From IMG/VR virus record IMGVR_UViG_3300009008_000023, positions 64,001 to 80,997 of that record: a DNA stretch of 16,997 bases; one strand, written 5' to 3'. The notes under the pieces are model-generated. The model did not search any database and was not told the DNA's origin. It saw nothing but the letters and a program-made list of their open reading frames with translations. This DNA comes from a virus. Its lineage: Duplodnaviria > Heunggongvirae > Uroviricota > Caudoviricetes. A program made the translations under genes and the position numbers. Below are positions 6,439 through 14,931 of this stretch, piece after piece (positions within the stretch are counted from its first letter, which is position 1; each line of letters begins with the position of its first letter).

Positions 6439-6471
6439 AAAAAAGAGGAGGGCCTTTATAGGTCCTCCTCT
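6439..6471 (-). terminator. Intrinsic terminator ending the - strand late operon (convergent junction)
   Basis: 12-bp stem AGAGGAGGGCCT-TTAT-AGGTCCTCCTCT (6444-6471, one non-Watson-Crick pair, G6452/T6463). It is preceded by AAAAA (6439-6443), which reads as a U-run on the - strand. Confidence 0.75.
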
Positions 6472-6638
6472 AATTCTTCTATCCACCAAATAGTAACTCT
6501 AGCACGACCTTGTTTGTCGTAACTGAAGTTCTGATCTTTTACTTCAATTTTTTCTTTTAGCTCTAAATTTAGTAATTTCTCATACTCATCTTTATCAACT
6601 AAATCATTAAGGCAAAAAGTCTCAACCTTTGCTTTCAT
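6456..6638 (-). CDS. Hypothetical acidic protein (60 aa)
   Basis: SD GAGGAGG/GAGG upstream of the ATG; last gene before the terminator. Confidence 0.7.
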   Translation of the reverse strand: MKAKVETFCLNDLVDKDEYEKLLNLELKEKIEVKDQNFSYDKQGRARVTIWWIEELEEDL

Positions 6639-6780
6639 CCTCAGCCTCCTCGAACTGTTCAGTCCAAGAGGCTGATTTTTCTAATACATCAGCCTCATCA
6701 GAGTCAATTAATACTTGTTTAGTTTCTTGAGTTTCGGGATTAATGAAAATTCGGTATGTCCCATATTTAGTCATAGTCAT
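6622..6780 (-). CDS. Hypothetical acidic protein (52 aa, MTMTKYGTYRIFINPETQETKQVL...)
   Basis: The ATG overlaps the portal stop (TAATG coupling), and the ORF fills the gap and overlaps the next gene. It is below the ORF-track cutoff. Confidence 0.65.
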   Translation of the reverse strand: MTMTKYGTYRIFINPETQETKQVLIDSDEADVLEKSASWTEQFEEAEDESKG

Positions 6781-8663
6781 TATGCTTGTCCTTTAGTAGG
6801 CCCTTTTTTCTTTTCACCACTAACCTTTACTTCATCTTTTTTAGTAACGGGCTTCTTAGGTGCGCCTTGATCCCCTGTTAAACTAGCAGCCTCTTCCATT
6901 AATGGCATTGCAGACTGCATTAAACGCATCTCAATAGACTGCATTCGAGTATTAACTAAACCAGCAGTAATAGGCATTTTCTTACTTAACTGTGCCATTA
7001 CTTGCGCTTGCTGTGGTTCTGGGTAAAGCATAATTTCATTTGCATACTTATCAACAAGAGTTGCAGGGTCTTCAGGAATTGCTCCATGCTCCTCTGCTAA
7101 CTCATTCTGGAATAGTTCTGTCTGTAGTTTAATCTGCTCACGGTCGGCGGCGTCTTGCGCTCTAACCTGATAAGCGGCCATAATAACAGTAGCTTCGCCC
7201 TCAGCCATGGCTTTAGCCTTCATCTCATCAACCATATTCTCATAGAATTCTTTTCTACTCTTACTAATCTCTTCAGCTTCTACCTCAGAGTCATAACCAA
7301 ACTCATCAAGTAAGTTACTATCAGATAGTTTGCCTGTAGCATTAAGATTAATAGCCAGCTGTTTAGCTTCAGCGTCATCAGACATTTTAAACTTTTTAAA
7401 TTTAAGCTTAACATCAGGATAGCCTAGATTACCACGAATCTTAGGCACAACAAAGTGATTCAAGAAATCAAGTAACAGCTCTCTGTATGTAAGAAAATGG
7501 TTCTCTACAATACGTAAAGAAATACTAGAGCCTGTCCATGTAGTTCCACCCTTAATAAATTCAATGGGAACACCTAGTGAGTTAATAATCGTCTCTTCTA
7601 GGAACTTCATCTCAGGAGTTAGTAATAGCGCTCTTGCGTTTCCACCCAGTTCTTGGTACCCAATAGGAATGGGGAATATACCAATATGGTTAGGATCGCG
7701 TTTCCATTTTTTAATCTGCTCTTCCATTTTGCCACTCCACTTACCTAGATTCATCTGTGTAAATGGATCCATTTGTGTCGTATTGGCCGGGAAGATAGAT
7801 TTTTTAGGTATTACATGCTCATGGGCAATCGCTTCATTACCTTTCTTAAGCATTTGTAAGTAATAGATTTCTTTAAGAGCAGGAAGAATAATAGGCTTTC
7901 CCCAACCCATATCTTCTTCTGCTAATGTGGGTCTCTTAAAGTGGAAAAAGTTTAAGGGGTCTAATTCAATCTTTTTGTTTTCACGTAGAGAGTCTAAGAA
8001 TACTGCTGGTATAGTCTTCAGTATTTTTCTGTCCGCTTTAGTAATCTTTGATTTAATTTTGCCTGGAATTGTATAAAAGTATGTAATATCACCAGTTATC
8101 GGATTATAGTCAACATCGATACTTTCAGGAGAATACCGAACAAATTTTAAGTTCTTTACGTTTTTTGGATATGTATCACGAATAGTAAACTTTGCCTCAC
8201 TAGCTTGACAGTGTGGGCAAGTTCCATAGATCACATATTTTTTTAGCTTAATTTTTTTAAGGTCATCAAACTTAATTTCTTCTGCACACTCACTACACTT
8301 TAAAAAGCGTATTGGAGTCATTTGTGCTGCTACGAAAGCATTTCCGTAAGTGAAGTAATCAAGACCAATGTCTATAAGTAAGCTTTTAATTTTTAAGTTT
8401 TCATTTAATATTGCATTGTATTGCTGTTTAGCTGGTTGCCCTATTTCTCCATCATATAGTATCTCTGTAATAGGGTACTCCGCTAACTTTGTAACTACAT
8501 TATTTAAGAAAGAGTTAGTATAAAAGAAACTCCTACAATATTTAAATAATGTTTTAATGTTCTTAGGAACAAAGGTACTTGCAATATCAAAGAAAGGGTT
8601 TGGATATTTTTTGATATTACCGCTGGTAAAATCAGTTTCAGTGGCGTTTCGTACGACTGCCAT
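6780..8663 (-). CDS. Putative phage portal protein (627 aa)
   Basis: Portal-like segments: helical YTNSFLNNVVTKLAEYPIT, FFHFKR...GWGKPIILPALKEI, HVIPKKSIF and II-x-SLGVP. It also has a CxxC...CxxC insert and a long coiled-coil/low-complexity C-terminus. SD GAGAGGA upstream. The call is by pattern recognition only. Confidence 0.7.
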   Translation of the reverse strand: MAVVRNATETDFTSGNIKKYPNPFFDIASTFVPKNIKTLFKYCRSFFYTNSFLNNVVTKLAEYPITEILYDGEIGQPAKQQYNAILNENLKIKSLLIDIGLDYFTYGNAFVAAQMTPIRFLKCSECAEEIKFDDLKKIKLKKYVIYGTCPHCQASEAKFTIRDTYPKNVKNLKFVRYSPESIDVDYNPITGDITYFYTIPGKIKSKITKADRKILKTIPAVFLDSLRENKKIELDPLNFFHFKRPTLAEEDMGWGKPIILPALKEIYYLQMLKKGNEAIAHEHVIPKKSIFPANTTQMDPFTQMNLGKWSGKMEEQIKKWKRDPNHIGIFPIPIGYQELGGNARALLLTPEMKFLEETIINSLGVPIEFIKGGTTWTGSSISLRIVENHFLTYRELLLDFLNHFVVPKIRGNLGYPDVKLKFKKFKMSDDAEAKQLAINLNATGKLSDSNLLDEFGYDSEVEAEEISKSRKEFYENMVDEMKAKAMAEGEATVIMAAYQVRAQDAADREQIKLQTELFQNELAEEHGAIPEDPATLVDKYANEIMLYPEPQQAQVMAQLSKKMPITAGLVNTRMQSIEMRLMQSAMPLMEEAASLTGDQGAPKKPVTKKDEVKVSGEKKKGPTKGQA

Positions 8664-9151
8664 TAATTATTTCCTCTCTTCATATATTCTAAAATAGCAA
8701 GGTAATGAAATGCCTGTATACCAATGTAGTCTTCTTCTAAAGGAAAGGGACCGTCTGTTGCTCGGTTCATAACAGAAGTTATGACAGGATTTTCTAATCC
8801 AATGTCTAAAGGGTAAAACCAAAGACCATAATCATTGAAGATGTACTTAATGTACATTAAGACTTCATGTGAAAGCTCAATATCTTTATGAAGAGTGTTT
8901 ATTATACCGATAGCTTTCCAGATATGTTTTGGCTCACATCCTTCAACCTTTGCAGAGTCGGGACTAATTCCATTTAAAACAAGAACTGCATTTTCAAATA
9001 CATGCAAATCTTCGTAAGCTGCCCTAGTATTGCGTAACAAGGAAATCACTTGCAACTTTTCCACTTCTAGATTAGAAAGAAGTGGAAATTGGTTGCGAAT
9101 GGTCTCAGGTTCTACAACATCTAAGGATTCAGCGAGTTCAAATAAATTCAT
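8663..9151 (-). CDS. Hypothetical protein (162 aa), likely morphogenesis-associated
   Basis: Its stop overlaps the portal start, and it abuts the upstream gene's stop. No family recognised. Confidence 0.8.
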   Translation of the reverse strand: MNLFELAESLDVVEPETIRNQFPLLSNLEVEKLQVISLLRNTRAAYEDLHVFENAVLVLNGISPDSAKVEGCEPKHIWKAIGIINTLHKDIELSHEVLMYIKYIFNDYGLWFYPLDIGLENPVITSVMNRATDGPFPLEEDYIGIQAFHYLAILEYMKRGNN

Positions 9152-9520
9152 TTATAGTGTTGTTTTAGTGTATTTTTTATCGAAGTTTTTAAGCTGGCTT
9201 TTGACTGCGCCATAGGTTGCGAAACTAATAGCTGCGGTAGGAACAATCTTAAGCTGTTTAGCACCCATACCACTATAATACTTACCTACTCTTTTATTCC
9301 AGAGTTTAGCGGCGGGTACAAAGTGCTTTAATACTTTTCTTCTTTTCCAGCCAGAATGTCTAAGCTTTCTAAACTTTCCTTTTGATTGTGCTGAAGTAGC
9401 CATCGTATCAAGTGGGTGTGTAATGGCTGTTGCAACACCACCACCAGCAGCTCCCGCAATTAAATCATCAAAAGAGCTGTTTCGTTTAGCCTGTTTATTA
9501 AAACCTAGCTCATGTAACAT
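9152..9520 (-). CDS. Single mitochondrial-carrier (Solcar/SLC25)-like repeat protein (122 aa)
   Basis: Odd-helix-like LIAGAAGGGVATAITHPLDTMAT (Px[DE] signature, K/R replaced by A) and even-helix-like YYSGMGAKQLKIVPTAAISFATYGAVKSQL, separated by a basic loop. Confidence 0.6.
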   Translation of the reverse strand: MLHELGFNKQAKRNSSFDDLIAGAAGGGVATAITHPLDTMATSAQSKGKFRKLRHSGWKRRKVLKHFVPAAKLWNKRVGKYYSGMGAKQLKIVPTAAISFATYGAVKSQLKNFDKKYTKTTL

Positions 9521-10578
9521 TAGAACAACTTTCTGATTTCATCCCTAATAGGACGAGGTAAGCTTTCATACACATCTAAAGCGTCGGGCCCTTGAAGTTC
9601 TTTAACAGCATCACTACCAACAATTACTGATAAATCATCTGCTGGTAATGTATGTAGATCTGATTCTTTAATTAAGGTACCGTCAACTGTACGCTCTGAA
9701 ATACTAGTATCTAGTGTTGATAGAATAGGATCTTCAATGCCCTTAGAGTACATTCTGCACAAGTTAGCCTGCTTATCAAGTTCATAAAGAGCTTTAATTG
9801 TTTCTGAAGTTCCCTTATTATCTGCTTCTTTTAGAAGTGTATCATAAGCTTCTAACAGCTCTTCATCTGAATCAAGCAAGTAGCTTTTTCTGATTTGTAT
9901 ATGATCATAGAAATCAGGATTAAAGGTTGACGAACGATGTGCATACTTAGTAATCGAGTGTGTAGTTAAGTTAACGTTCTGCTCTTGTGCAGCTTCTAAC
10001 GTATTTAGCGCAAACAAAGCTCGGTCTGTGACAGAAAAGTTTTTAGAGTAACTATCAAAATAAGCAGCAGCCTTTGTAATATCTTCTTCAGTATTTAAAG
10101 GATACTTATTCTCTAAAGCATACTTCCCTTCAACAGCCAGACTAGCTCGTTTATTAATGAAATCTTTTTCATTAAGTTCTGTAATATTAATTACATTATC
10201 AGTATACTTTGTTGCTTGGAACTCTTGTAAAGACTCGGGTACATTTACTCCAAAGTTTTTAGCGGCACAAGTTAAATTGGTTGCTGCTACTTTAATAACT
10301 TCATCAGGAAGCTTATCTTTGTTGCTATCTAAGATAGCTAAATTAAGCTCTGTCAACTCTTTATTATAACTAGCATATTTTTTAATTGAACCGGTGTGAG
10401 GATGAAAGAGTATTACAGCGAAATTTTTATCATCCATCGCCTCTTGTTCTTCTAAACTAGGAATATAAGCAGTCTTCGCTTCTTCAGTTAAAGGCTCTAC
10501 AAGTTCGGCAACCTTTTCTAAATTGCCTTCAATAACTTCATCAGTTATATCTAGAGGTATGGATAATAATTGTTTCAT
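9520..10578 (-). CDS. Hypothetical acidic protein (352 aa), putative head/scaffold-associated
   Basis: Coupled to both neighbours in the portal operon; contains 10 KxA motifs. No catalytic motif recognised. Confidence 0.75.
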   Translation of the reverse strand: MKQLLSIPLDITDEVIEGNLEKVAELVEPLTEEAKTAYIPSLEEQEAMDDKNFAVILFHPHTGSIKKYASYNKELTELNLAILDSNKDKLPDEVIKVAATNLTCAAKNFGVNVPESLQEFQATKYTDNVINITELNEKDFINKRASLAVEGKYALENKYPLNTEEDITKAAAYFDSYSKNFSVTDRALFALNTLEAAQEQNVNLTTHSITKYAHRSSTFNPDFYDHIQIRKSYLLDSDEELLEAYDTLLKEADNKGTSETIKALYELDKQANLCRMYSKGIEDPILSTLDTSISERTVDGTLIKESDLHTLPADDLSVIVGSDAVKELQGPDALDVYESLPRPIRDEIRKLF

Positions 10579-11172
10579 CTACGCCTCTTCCTTTCTTCGT
10601 TGAATATAATTATATAACGTAGTTCCGGGACAGGCTGGCTTACCAAAGTCTTGGTGACCATAAACATCTGCCGCAGTAAAATTTAAACGTATTTCTAAGT
10701 GAGTAAGTAAGTATTCTAAAGCATCTAATTGTGCTTGAGTAGGATCTCCATCGCTACGTGCTACACTCTCATAACTAAAATCACCTGCAACTAAAATTCC
10801 AACAGACTTAGTATTTTGGCCCTTAGTATGCCAAACTAAATCTGTTAATGAGTTACAAGCTAGAATTTGTCCTTGACGATCGATTGCATAATGATACGCA
10901 ATGTGGGGAGCGCCTTCTTTTGATAAATGATTCTCGGGTCCTGGCGTTATATGATAATTATTAATAGCAGCAACTGAGCCCTGAGAAAGGGCTTGATGCA
11001 CAATAATTTTTTGAATTTTAGATAGAGGGCGCCGACCCCATTTACGTAATGGATTCCAAGGTAGACTTTGAATAGCATCTACAATAGTAAATTGTTTAGG
11101 CTTTTCTGGTTCAGAGGGAGTCTTTTTAAAGAAATCCTTAACCATATACCAAATAAGTGATAAATCAATCAT
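10579..11172 (-). CDS. N-acetylmuramoyl-L-alanine amidase (Amidase_2/T7-lysozyme-like endolysin)
   Basis: IIVHQA, IAYHYAID, VWHTKGQN, SVGILVAGDF, YGHQDF and ACPG match the Zn-binding His/His/Cys pattern of Amidase_2. Confidence 0.9.
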   Translation of the reverse strand: MIDLSLIWYMVKDFFKKTPSEPEKPKQFTIVDAIQSLPWNPLRKWGRRPLSKIQKIIVHQALSQGSVAAINNYHITPGPENHLSKEGAPHIAYHYAIDRQGQILACNSLTDLVWHTKGQNTKSVGILVAGDFSYESVARSDGDPTQAQLDALEYLLTHLEIRLNFTAADVYGHQDFGKPACPGTTLYNYIQRRKEEA

Positions 11173-11510
11173 TAGTTACTCACCCAACCTAGAGTTGCAA
11201 GAGCCATTAATACCCACTCACTTATAGTAGGCCATCTCCAAAACCCTAGATTTTCATTCTCATCTAACTCTTTATATTCGAGTATTAGTGAGTCTTGAAG
11301 CGCTATAATCTCAGCATTAATTGAATCTGCTTCCGCACTAGTTTGTAATGTTACTAGTAAAGTATCAAATTCAGCTTCAGTAAATACCCAAGAAGACTCG
11401 TCTAGACATTCTCCTTCGACTTTAAATTCTTGGGCACTTGCTAGTGGTGCAAATAATAGACTACTTAAGACGATCAAGAAGATCGAGATACTTGTCACGC
11501 TTTTCATCAT
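11172..11510 (-). CDS. Secreted/membrane protein (signal peptide plus C-terminal hydrophobic tail); possible lysis accessory
   Basis: Signal peptide ending in ASA-Q, an acidic helical middle and C-terminal WVLMALATLGWV. It sits directly upstream of the endolysin. Confidence 0.6.
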   Translation of the reverse strand: MMKSVTSISIFLIVLSSLLFAPLASAQEFKVEGECLDESSWVFTEAEFDTLLVTLQTSAEADSINAEIIALQDSLILEYKELDENENLGFWRWPTISEWVLMALATLGWVSN

Positions 11511-11733
11511 TCGGGATACCTTCTTTAATTTCCTTTTTAAGCTCTTCCGCTTTTTCTGTTTTACCAGATGCTTTTAAGTGTTCAAGCTTATTAAGTTGTC
11601 GCTCGATAAGGTTTCTCTTTAACTCAACTTCAGCATCATCCAAGGGCATAAACTTTTTCTTTAGAAAATAAAGAAAAATAAATGCAGCTACAAGAGAAAG
11701 TTGTTTAACGAGGTATTTAGTATTTTTTTCCAT
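11461..11733 (-). CDS. N-terminally anchored coiled-coil membrane protein (90 aa); holin- or i-spanin-like candidate
   Basis: One TM segment LSLVAAFIFLYFL followed by a KKK motif and a charged coiled coil. It overlaps the next gene by 50 bp. Confidence 0.6.
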   Translation of the reverse strand: MEKNTKYLVKQLSLVAAFIFLYFLKKKFMPLDDAEVELKRNLIERQLNKLEHLKASGKTEKAEELKKEIKEGIPNDEKRDKYLDLLDRLK

Positions 11734-11990
11734 TAGTCCTCTTTAGGAGTTTCTTCTTCCTTAGCTTCGGGCTCAACTTCTAACGGAGGGGTAGCAGGTG
11801 CAGGCTGTTGTGTGATTCCAGCAAGAGCATCAAGCTGACCACGGGTAAAATCAAATTCTTCTTTGATTTTATTAATTTTGTCCAACGCTTCTTTTCGAAC
11901 TTTTTGCAGCTGGTCAACGTCTGAAACTCTCTTTTCTTGAGCCTCTTCAAGCTTAGTAATAAGTTCTTTAATCTGTTCTTCATTCATCAT
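11733..11990 (-). CDS. Hypothetical coiled-coil protein (about 85 aa from ATG11990)
   Basis: Heptad-rich helix with a Pro/Glu-rich tail. ATG11990 is preferred over TTG12032 because a promoter -10 abuts the TTG. Confidence 0.7.
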   Translation of the reverse strand: MMNEEQIKELITKLEEAQEKRVSDVDQLQKVRKEALDKINKIKEEFDFTRGQLDALAGITQQPAPATPPLEVEPEAKEEETPKED

Positions 11991-12033
11991 TTTATGTTTA
12001 ACTGTTTCGGTTAATAGGTTGTTTAGATACAAT

Positions 12034-12062
12034 AATATACAAAGTTTTTAGTGTAAAAGCAA
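12034..12062 (-). promoter_or_regulatory. Sigma70-like internal promoter upstream of the lysis/portal genes
   Basis: On the - strand: TTGCTT (12062-12057), 17-nt spacer, TATATT (12039-12034), in the only intergenic gap of this block. Confidence 0.5.
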
Positions 12063-12064
12063 AT

Positions 12065-13504
12065 TTAAATAAGTTCTTTTATTAGCTTTTTTCCTTGTAA
12101 CCCGTGCCAATGAAATATTGTGGCAGCAGGATTTTCTCCGTCAACACGAACCCAATGGTGCTCTTCTGGTATTACTTCGGGCTGATATCTTTTTTCAAAC
12201 ATCATTCGGACTAAGAGTTCATTATCTCCTCTATGCTCGCCATGATGTTTGGGAGTGTACTCACACCAGTTTTCAACAACAGGGTCACCATGAGATACAG
12301 CAATAACACCGTTCTGATACATAATTTCTCCTGGTTTAAAGATATCCGGTCTACCAAACATGTAGTTTCTGTCAAGTGCTAGAGCAATCTTTTTGTTCCC
12401 GTACCCGTCTATGAGAGGTTGTAAGTTCTGCTGTACTTGACAATCTAAGTCTATCCACAGTAACTTCTTAGCCCTAGCTTCCAGGAAAAAGAATGGCTTT
12501 TTAAACCACACTTTTTCATATTTAATACTGGGATCTAATTCAATAACTTCACCACGATCAAGGCACCAATCTCTAGCTTTGTTGCTCATTCCAAAGTCAC
12601 AAAAATAAAGTGGGTAATTATATGAGTTTTTGATGTAGTTGTCATACCACCACTCTAACATCCACTCTTGTTCTTCATCACACCCTGTTAGAACCGCTGT
12701 TTCATACTCAAGTGGCTCATCAGTCCAGTGATAGGGCTTCTTAACACGCGATGCGTGCATAATATTACCTGGAGGCAACAGTGCCCTTTCTTGGCTTTTT
12801 ACAAGAGCACACTCAAGAGGTACATACTCAATATACTTGTTAATGGGAGAATCTGGAGTACATGAAATTAGAGTAGTTTTACTTCCGTCTGTCCACGTAT
12901 TGGATTGTTCTACAAACCACTTAACAAAATCAGTTTGTGTTTTATAGAACCTTTTGTTTTTATCGCGTTCTTCATCTGAGAGTACTCTGTCATCATAGTA
13001 GTCTTTTGATCCGCCCATGTCACAGCCTAACAAATGAATACGCTTGAATCCCATATGCATAAGAATGTGTAAGGTAGTGATGAAAGTGCTTTTTTTCCAA
13101 ATGAAGACTTCATTAGCACCGTGATTGGAAGGATTAAAAATTTGGTTTTCGTTATCGTACTTTTTATTATCAGCCCAATACACATTAGGATAATACTTTA
13201 CAAGCTTCCCATTAACGTGCATCTTTTCACTACGACCGCCTCTAGCGATCTTCATAAACGGCTCATTCCAGAGGTTACGATCATAACACTCTGGGTAATC
13301 CATTCCTACCCAGAGATGGGGTTTGATTTTGGGATATGTAGTGTTAATACCTACAACATACACACCTAATTTATCTTGTAAATCTTCGTTCTTTACATCT
13401 GCTAAATTAGGTCCGGGGCAACAGAGGTAAGCATCTAAACCTGCGTTGTCTCGGTAAAAATTGTCTTTTACTAGACCGTTCCCGGTCTCGTGCCAAATTG
13501 CCAT
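12065..13504 (-). CDS. Two-domain glycosylation protein: DUF115/MptE-like N-terminal domain fused to a GT8-like GT-A domain
   Basis: N-half: YLCCPGPNL, VVGINTT, IHLLGCDMG. C-half: WFKKP, LLWIDLDC (DxD), YQNGVIAV and terminal IFHWHG. Confidence 0.7.
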   Translation of the reverse strand: MAIWHETGNGLVKDNFYRDNAGLDAYLCCPGPNLADVKNEDLQDKLGVYVVGINTTYPKIKPHLWVGMDYPECYDRNLWNEPFMKIARGGRSEKMHVNGKLVKYYPNVYWADNKKYDNENQIFNPSNHGANEVFIWKKSTFITTLHILMHMGFKRIHLLGCDMGGSKDYYDDRVLSDEERDKNKRFYKTQTDFVKWFVEQSNTWTDGSKTTLISCTPDSPINKYIEYVPLECALVKSQERALLPPGNIMHASRVKKPYHWTDEPLEYETAVLTGCDEEQEWMLEWWYDNYIKNSYNYPLYFCDFGMSNKARDWCLDRGEVIELDPSIKYEKVWFKKPFFFLEARAKKLLWIDLDCQVQQNLQPLIDGYGNKKIALALDRNYMFGRPDIFKPGEIMYQNGVIAVSHGDPVVENWCEYTPKHHGEHRGDNELLVRMMFEKRYQPEVIPEEHHWVRVDGENPAATIFHWHGLQGKKLIKELI

Positions 13505-13507
13505 TTT

Positions 13508-14251
13508 TTAAAAGTTTGGTTTAAAAGGATCGTGTGATAGTGTTGTATGATCCTTAACTAAATTAGTGCACTGGTTACGTTTATAACTCCGGTAATGTTT
13601 TCCATTACCGCCCTGCTCCCAGTTACGTTCTGTCATAATTTTTCGTGTGCCATGCTCAAGGCTGCGAATTGGGTAATGTTTTAAAATATATTTCTTTCTA
13701 GATAATTGCCAAGGGCGCCATTCTTTTCTGTGACGGCCTCTTCCAATTCGGTCGCCCATTGCAGGGATTAACCAGCCTCTGTTAATTCCTCCCCATATAG
13801 ATGAACGTTTAAAACCTCTAAATTGCACTCGGTCAAAGTAATTATCAGCATTATTATCATCAGCGTCTGTAATCCAGTATTCGTGAATATCTGCCCTAAT
13901 AACCCCAAATCCTGCTTTTATGTCTGCATGTATAGCCTCAGCCACAGTAGAAAAAGTTCTAGGTGGAACTAATACCTCATCTGCGTCAATCCAAGTAACC
14001 CAGCCATACTCAGGATAGGATTCATTTATAAACTTACAAATTATATCATATAAATCAGGTGCGCCCGGAGCCGAGAACGGCACTTTTCTATCTACATAGT
14101 GGTAAGTTGCGCCAGAATCCTTTAACACTTCTTTAGTATTATCAGTTGATCCATGATCAAACACATGTACATCATGGCCTACTAAACATTTAACTGCATT
14201 AAGGACACAGTCTTCTTCGTTATAAGTGTGCACAATTCCCAGTAACTTCAT
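13508..14251 (-). CDS. Glycosyltransferase family 2-like (247 aa)
   Basis: VHTYNEED, VFDHGSTDNT, WIDADE (DxD) and ILKHY. Confidence 0.85.
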   Translation of the reverse strand: MKLLGIVHTYNEEDCVLNAVKCLVGHDVHVFDHGSTDNTKEVLKDSGATYHYVDRKVPFSAPGAPDLYDIICKFINESYPEYGWVTWIDADEVLVPPRTFSTVAEAIHADIKAGFGVIRADIHEYWITDADDNNADNYFDRVQFRGFKRSSIWGGINRGWLIPAMGDRIGRGRHRKEWRPWQLSRKKYILKHYPIRSLEHGTRKIMTERNWEQGGNGKHYRSYKRNQCTNLVKDHTTLSHDPFKPNF

Positions 14252-14928
14252 CTCGCTAACTTATCAATCTCTCCCCATCCACGGAGGTGAGCGTGTTTAA
14301 CCCAGGCAGAGTGTACAATTACTCCGTGCCCACCCTTTTTCTTCATGAGATTAAACCAGCGGTTGTCATTACCCCGGAAAGGTCTAGTTGGGTCAAAATA
14401 ACAGTGAGTGTTAAAGCGATTGGCTTCCATTGTTTTAGCTGTAGCTGCCCAACAAAAACCATTAATTGGGTGCGCCGGTCTAACACCATCTGTAATAGTT
14501 ACGCCCTCATGTGGACCAGGAGCCATTTGCTCTCTATATCCACATTTATTTGTAAGTGGACCATAAGATGCTAGTGTATCTTCTTCGTAGGCAAGGTCTA
14601 AAAGATTTGTAATACTTTCCGTGAGTTCGACATCATGATTTTGAAAAAGGATAACATCACATTCACAGTCTATAAAAGTTTTTGTAGCCGCTTCCCATGT
14701 TCCCGTAAGTCCACCATTAGCAATTTGGTCATCAATGCGAATATACTTTATATCAAAATACTCTTCGGAAATTGATAACACTCCAGGATCTGTCGACTCA
14801 TTGTCATAGACAAGTATATCCCTAGGTTCAGGGATATACTTAAGTGCTGATTCAATTGCTTTTTTAACGTGATCCCAGTTATTATGCGCTGTAATTACTA
14901 CGCCTGTTTTATATTCTTTTTGTTCCAT
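14248..14928 (-). CDS. Glycosyltransferase family 2-like (226 aa)
   Basis: VVITAHNN, LVYDNESTD, LFQNHDVE, NGFCWA and VKH. It has an ATGA-type overlap with the next gene. Confidence 0.82.
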   Translation of the reverse strand: MEQKEYKTGVVITAHNNWDHVKKAIESALKYIPEPRDILVYDNESTDPGVLSISEEYFDIKYIRIDDQIANGGLTGTWEAATKTFIDCECDVILFQNHDVELTESITNLLDLAYEEDTLASYGPLTNKCGYREQMAPGPHEGVTITDGVRPAHPINGFCWAATAKTMEANRFNTHCYFDPTRPFRGNDNRWFNLMKKKGGHGVIVHSAWVKHAHLRGWGEIDKLAR

Positions 14929-14931
14929 AAC

